Shown here: positions 60,048-64,000 of the stretch, piece by piece
How the letters are laid out: each line of letters begins with the position of its first letter
How positions within the stretch are numbered: the first letter of the stretch is position 1
Assembly (NCBI RefSeq): GCF_036971445.1
Contig: NC_091480.1
Location: 84,320,001-84,384,000 of the forward strand
DNA length: 64,000 bases
Source: Narcine bancroftii
Lineage: Eukaryota
Direction of reading: 5' to 3'
Position numbers and translations under genes: made by a program
Notes under the pieces: generated by a model
What the model was told of the DNA's origin: nothing
The model's database searches: none
The model's input: the letters and a program-made list of their open reading frames with translations, nothing else

Positions 60048-63000
60048 GTCATCCCCCACATTTCTGTGACAATAGATTATGGAAAACTCTTTGGTGGGAA
60101 ACTGTTAATGCAACATTTTCAGAAGACGCATAAAGGTGTTCAATTTACCTTTGATCAGAAAGCAGAGCGGTGCATCGTGGATGGAAGATTCTCTGACATA
60201 AAGGAAATTACTGGAGAAATTCATCACACACTCAGTTTAAAAGCTGACCAAAGCACCACCAACTCTGATGAAACTAAGGACCAACTGTGCGATGGTCAAG
60301 AAAGGACAGCATTCAAAACTTCAAACAGCATTAGGCAAGATTCTTGGAAATCAAATGCAGATTGTCACGCTAAGGCGGATGATTTAGAATTGCAAAAATC
60401 TGTTCGTGGGACTGACAAGAGAGGCACAGATTTGCAGCAAACCAAACTGTATACAAGCCCTATTGAGAATTGCACTTTATTGATGGATTATGATATTTAT
60501 CTGTATATTCAGACATTTTGTAAAGATAGGTATCAAAGCATCCTGCATAAGAACCTTGTGGAGGTATTGGATATAACGGAAGACAGTATCACCATGTTAT
60601 ATTTGCAAGCAGCCTCTGGCTGTTTGGACAAAGGAACATCGCTGCAGCAAGCACATCATGAACTTTCTCAACTCTACCAGAGCTTTCAGTCCATACTTCG
60701 CAAAGAGCAGGTCATGAAGCAAAGCATAACTTCTGACGAAAAATTGCTGCAAGAGATCTGTGTAAGCCTCCAGGCACAATTTTCCCAAATAATTTTCAAT
60801 GAAGATGTTGACTGTTTTTATCTAATAGGCACATCACATGATTGCTCCTTAGCCAAGAAGCATCTGCAGGATTTGAAGGAAGAACTGTGCGTTAGGTCTC
60901 AGGGAGAAATGCATGTTACTCCAGGTAGCTTTCCTGAAGATTACTCGGCTAGTAGCAGCAGTATACCTCATTCTCTGCGAGAATTGAAGGACCGCAGTTC
61001 ATTTAAACGGGGAGAATCTCCAAAGACAGATGTCAGAAAGGATCACAAATTGGCTCCAACCTTCAATGGTAAACGGGAAGTTGACAATGCATTTATGATG
61101 GGAAGCAGAGTAGCTAAGGATAATTTAGATCTTAAGCCTGACCAGACAGCTAATCAACTGATGACAGGCTCTAGTAAGGCAAAAGGTTTACTGATGGACA
61201 CCAAGAGTTGGGAAATGCAGCAAGTTCCCCACCACAGTACCACTACCACTCAAATATGTACTAATGCTGACAAGGCAGCCACCACTGGAACAGGCCAGTT
61301 GGTTACACCCACAGATTTTTCTCTGTTAACCAATCAGGCCAAGCTCCTGAAAAGCCCTGACAAAACAGCCAGTGACATTTTGTTCAAGGGCGATGAAGAT
61401 TCTTCTAGTCTTTGTCCAAATAATGACCAACATAACAAAGCACTTGGCCCTGTAAAGCCATGCCACTTTGAAACATCAGCAGGCACTCTCTTTCACCTGG
61501 GAGATACAGTGGTGGACACCACGCAGACGAACCAGTCCAGAAGGTCGAGCAAAGCATCATTGCGAAAAACCAACAGTTTCTCTGGACGCTTGAAATCAAA
61601 GCGGTCCTTAGAAGCTGCCAATAATTTCCAAGAAAAGCCCTCTGAAGTAGATCTGACAGAAAGAGTTCCTGTCACAGAAGAGCTTCTAATAGATTCAGTT
61701 GTATGGTCCTATGTTAAAGACATCCATGATCTCTCCATTAGACAGATCAGAATCAGAACTGAGGTTACTTTTAATGAACAATTGCTGGGAGATACTATAG
61801 CATTGAAATTAACAGCAAGGAATTGGGACAATGTCATAGCTGCAAAGGAAGACATTTTGTCCCTTTACACATTGGTCATGAAGCATTTGACTCAACAGTT
61901 CCTTTCTTATGAGGATCTTGGCATAGTAGCTAGCCCAGAGAAAAATATGGAGCAATTCAGATGTTCACTCAAGAATAAATTCCCCAAAGTAAAATTTTTT
62001 GCTTCCAAGGCTGGTTTCTACATTATTGGCACATATGAATATTGCTTGAAAGTAATAGAAACGTTTAAACCCGAGTTAAAATACACATTTTTGGAAGACA
62101 TGTCCCGTATGGGCCCGGCGTCCATCTCAGCGTCCAATCAGCATCCATTACTTGATACAGAAAAGCTGAAGGACACAGAGGGAGAGAAATGCACCAGATC
62201 TGCAGATTTGACATCATTGGGTAGGGCTCCGTTGGCCAGGAAGCCTGAAGACAGCAAAACGCTAGATTCCCATATGGATTGTGTCATTCTGAAAACACCT
62301 GCAAAAAGAGAAGAACCGCCTTTGTTTCAGTTGGAGAAAGAATTTACTGAGAGCATGGGTCACTGGAAGGCGTCAGAGAGTTCTAAACTTTGTAATTCTC
62401 TGCCAGATGGTGAGGAGCAGTCTTGGAACCAGCAGATACAGTATCCAAATGAGAGGGATAGCCCTGTATTAAATTTGCGGCAGGAACACAGTCCATTTAT
62501 GGATCAGAAGAGATCTCCAAAAACTCTTGAGGAAGTGAGTGGGCTTGAGTTGCTTCAAGATCAAGGTGATTATAAATGTCAGAGGGCAATCAAGCAGATT
62601 GGAGATGTAGAAGGAGTTAAGACAAGGAAGACATTGCCTGATAGATTCAATCTGACCTCAAACAGACTAACAAAGGAAAGCCATTGGTGCAATAAAGAGA
62701 GCCCCTCCCTTCGCAATCGGGTGGAAGGCGGCACGCAGTCATTGCCAATATTTCCTTCCACTGACATGTCAGCCTTGTCATCGCATCAAAGAAAAAATGG
62801 TCAATATATCACCGAGTCAACCCCAGCTTCAAAAGGCCAAATGCAAGCAAAATATATCCAGCAGCCAACTGAGAGAAATGAGATTGAGGCACAAGAAAGC
62901 AAATCCGCGAGGAACTCTCTGCAGAGTCACTACAGAAGTCCGGCGATAGGAATGGATGCAAAGGAATTAAGTGAATGCTGCAATTGCGGGAAAGGTGGCA

Positions 63001-63218
63001 AGTTGTCAAAGGAGGACTGTGGCCAAGCTTTGTGCAAGGAATGTCGTGCAGTTAATCAGGAAGTCTGTCTGGCCTGTGGTCCAGAAACTACCCTGACTAA
63101 AAATAAAAGCCCGTGTGCACCAACGATGAGTTGTGCAGTTCTGAATATTGGGTTAAGTGGCTTTCTGAAAGACATGACTTTGCAGATAACCTACGACATT
63201 CCTGATGGCTCCCAAAAG
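60048..63218 (+). CDS. RBM43/DTX3L-like putative E3 ubiquitin ligase, 3171-nt exon (KH-like modules, RING-like finger, start of Deltex C-terminal domain); gene continues beyond the window
   Basis: acaacag|VIPHISVTIDY... open for 1057 codons to ...LQITYDIPDGSQK|gtaaga; LLMDYDIYLY...LRKE...FYLIGTS resembles RBM43; CxxC-x10-CxQxxCxxC-x7-CxxC; LSGF...TLQITYDIPDG resembles the Deltex DTC start. Confidence 0.88.
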
Positions 63219-63321
63219 GTAAGAACCCTGGCGTGGTTAAGAAGGATTAGGCTACTTGTTAAATAAAGGGCAACTTGTTGGTCTTATTTAAGTAACTCCT
63301 CCCTCCCAATTTCTCTATGGC

Positions 63322-63455
63322 TGTGGTTCTCAGCCTTTATTTCCCCCCCAGTTACATGCCACCTATTACCATTGTTGCTCTAAGGGATTACTTAAGGTTG
63401 GTTGCATGTGAGTGGGTGGGGGGGGGGGTGGCTGGGGGAAGGTTGAGAACCACTG
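63322..63455. mobile_element. hAT-like palindromic MITE
   Basis: tgtggttctcagcc...aagggattacttaagg...aaggttgagaaccactg. Confidence 0.55.
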
Positions 63456-63819
63456 GTCTAGTGCTTTCATTTCTGTAAACTGCAATAAAATAATAATTCT
63501 GTGAAGAGTTGTGCTTGATAAAAAGCCAAGGTTTCAGGCAGAGATCATTCTATCCTGTGATAACCCTACTGGCACTCCACCAATGCTTCTTTCGAGCAGT
63601 CATAAAATAAATGGGGGTTTGTGCAAGGGGAAAATAGGAAATGGAAAATTAGTCTTCTGTGGACGATCTTTTCCTTTCCCTTTGCCTTTCAATCATGGTC
63701 TCTGCCCACACTATTTACAAATGACCTTAATTTTTAGTTCATCCACTCACATGGAATCACTGTAGTGGGGCATTGTGCTGAGAGCCTGTTACTAATTTCA
63801 GTTATTTGTTAGGAATGCA

Positions 63820-64000
63820 ATCAGTTAGCGCAACACGATTACAGTTCCAGCAAATCTGGCACCGTCTGGAAGGAGTTTGTGAATTCTCCCCGTGTCTGTG
63901 TGGGTTTCTTCCCATCCTTCAAGACGTACAGGGGGGTTGAGGAGAATTGGGTGTATTTGGATAGCCGGAGGTTCTGTTACCGTGCTGTATGCATGTCTAA
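63820..64000 (+). mobile_element. HE1/V-SINE-like SINE
   Basis: gttagcgcaacacgattacag...ggagtttgtgaattctccccgtgtctgtgtgggttt. Confidence 0.6.

Noticed and set aside
60066-63266. 1066-aa ORF treated as a stand-alone single-exon gene
   Set aside because: It starts at GTG 18 nt inside an exon with a clear acceptor (60047) and reads through a strong donor (63219); the last ~15 residues are intronic.

Overview
Eukaryotic, repeat-rich vertebrate DNA, most likely a cartilaginous fish (shark or ray), inferred from the HE1/V-SINE-like, Penelope, Rex1/Babar, CR1, RTE and L1 repeat content. Three + strand, intron-containing genes can be rebuilt by hand from GT-AG splice sites. (1) A complete RPL27 (136 aa, CDS 7138-13970) with a TCT/5'TOP start and a triplicated 68-bp ETS/CRE promoter module. 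(2) A complete IFI35/NMI-family gene (384 aa, 9 coding exons, 21608-40068) with an ISRE/GAS-bearing 5' region and a 143-bp near-perfect inverted repeat bracketing two coding exons. (3) The 5' part (1150 codons; it runs off the window) of a large gene with an upstream ISRE-like site. Its product combines an RBM43-like RRM/KH-like N-terminus, a duplicated KH-like module, a degenerate C3HC4 RING and the start of a Deltex C-terminal domain. This third gene looks like a DTX3L-architecture paralogue of RBM43 sitting next to IFI35, mirroring the NMI-RBM43 pair. The remaining sequence is decayed transposons, solo LTRs, MITEs, two minisatellites and one 129-nt assembly gap. Most ORFs in the supplied track are spurious or transposon-derived. 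Family assignments rest on recalled sequences; no database search was run, and repeat boundaries are approximate.
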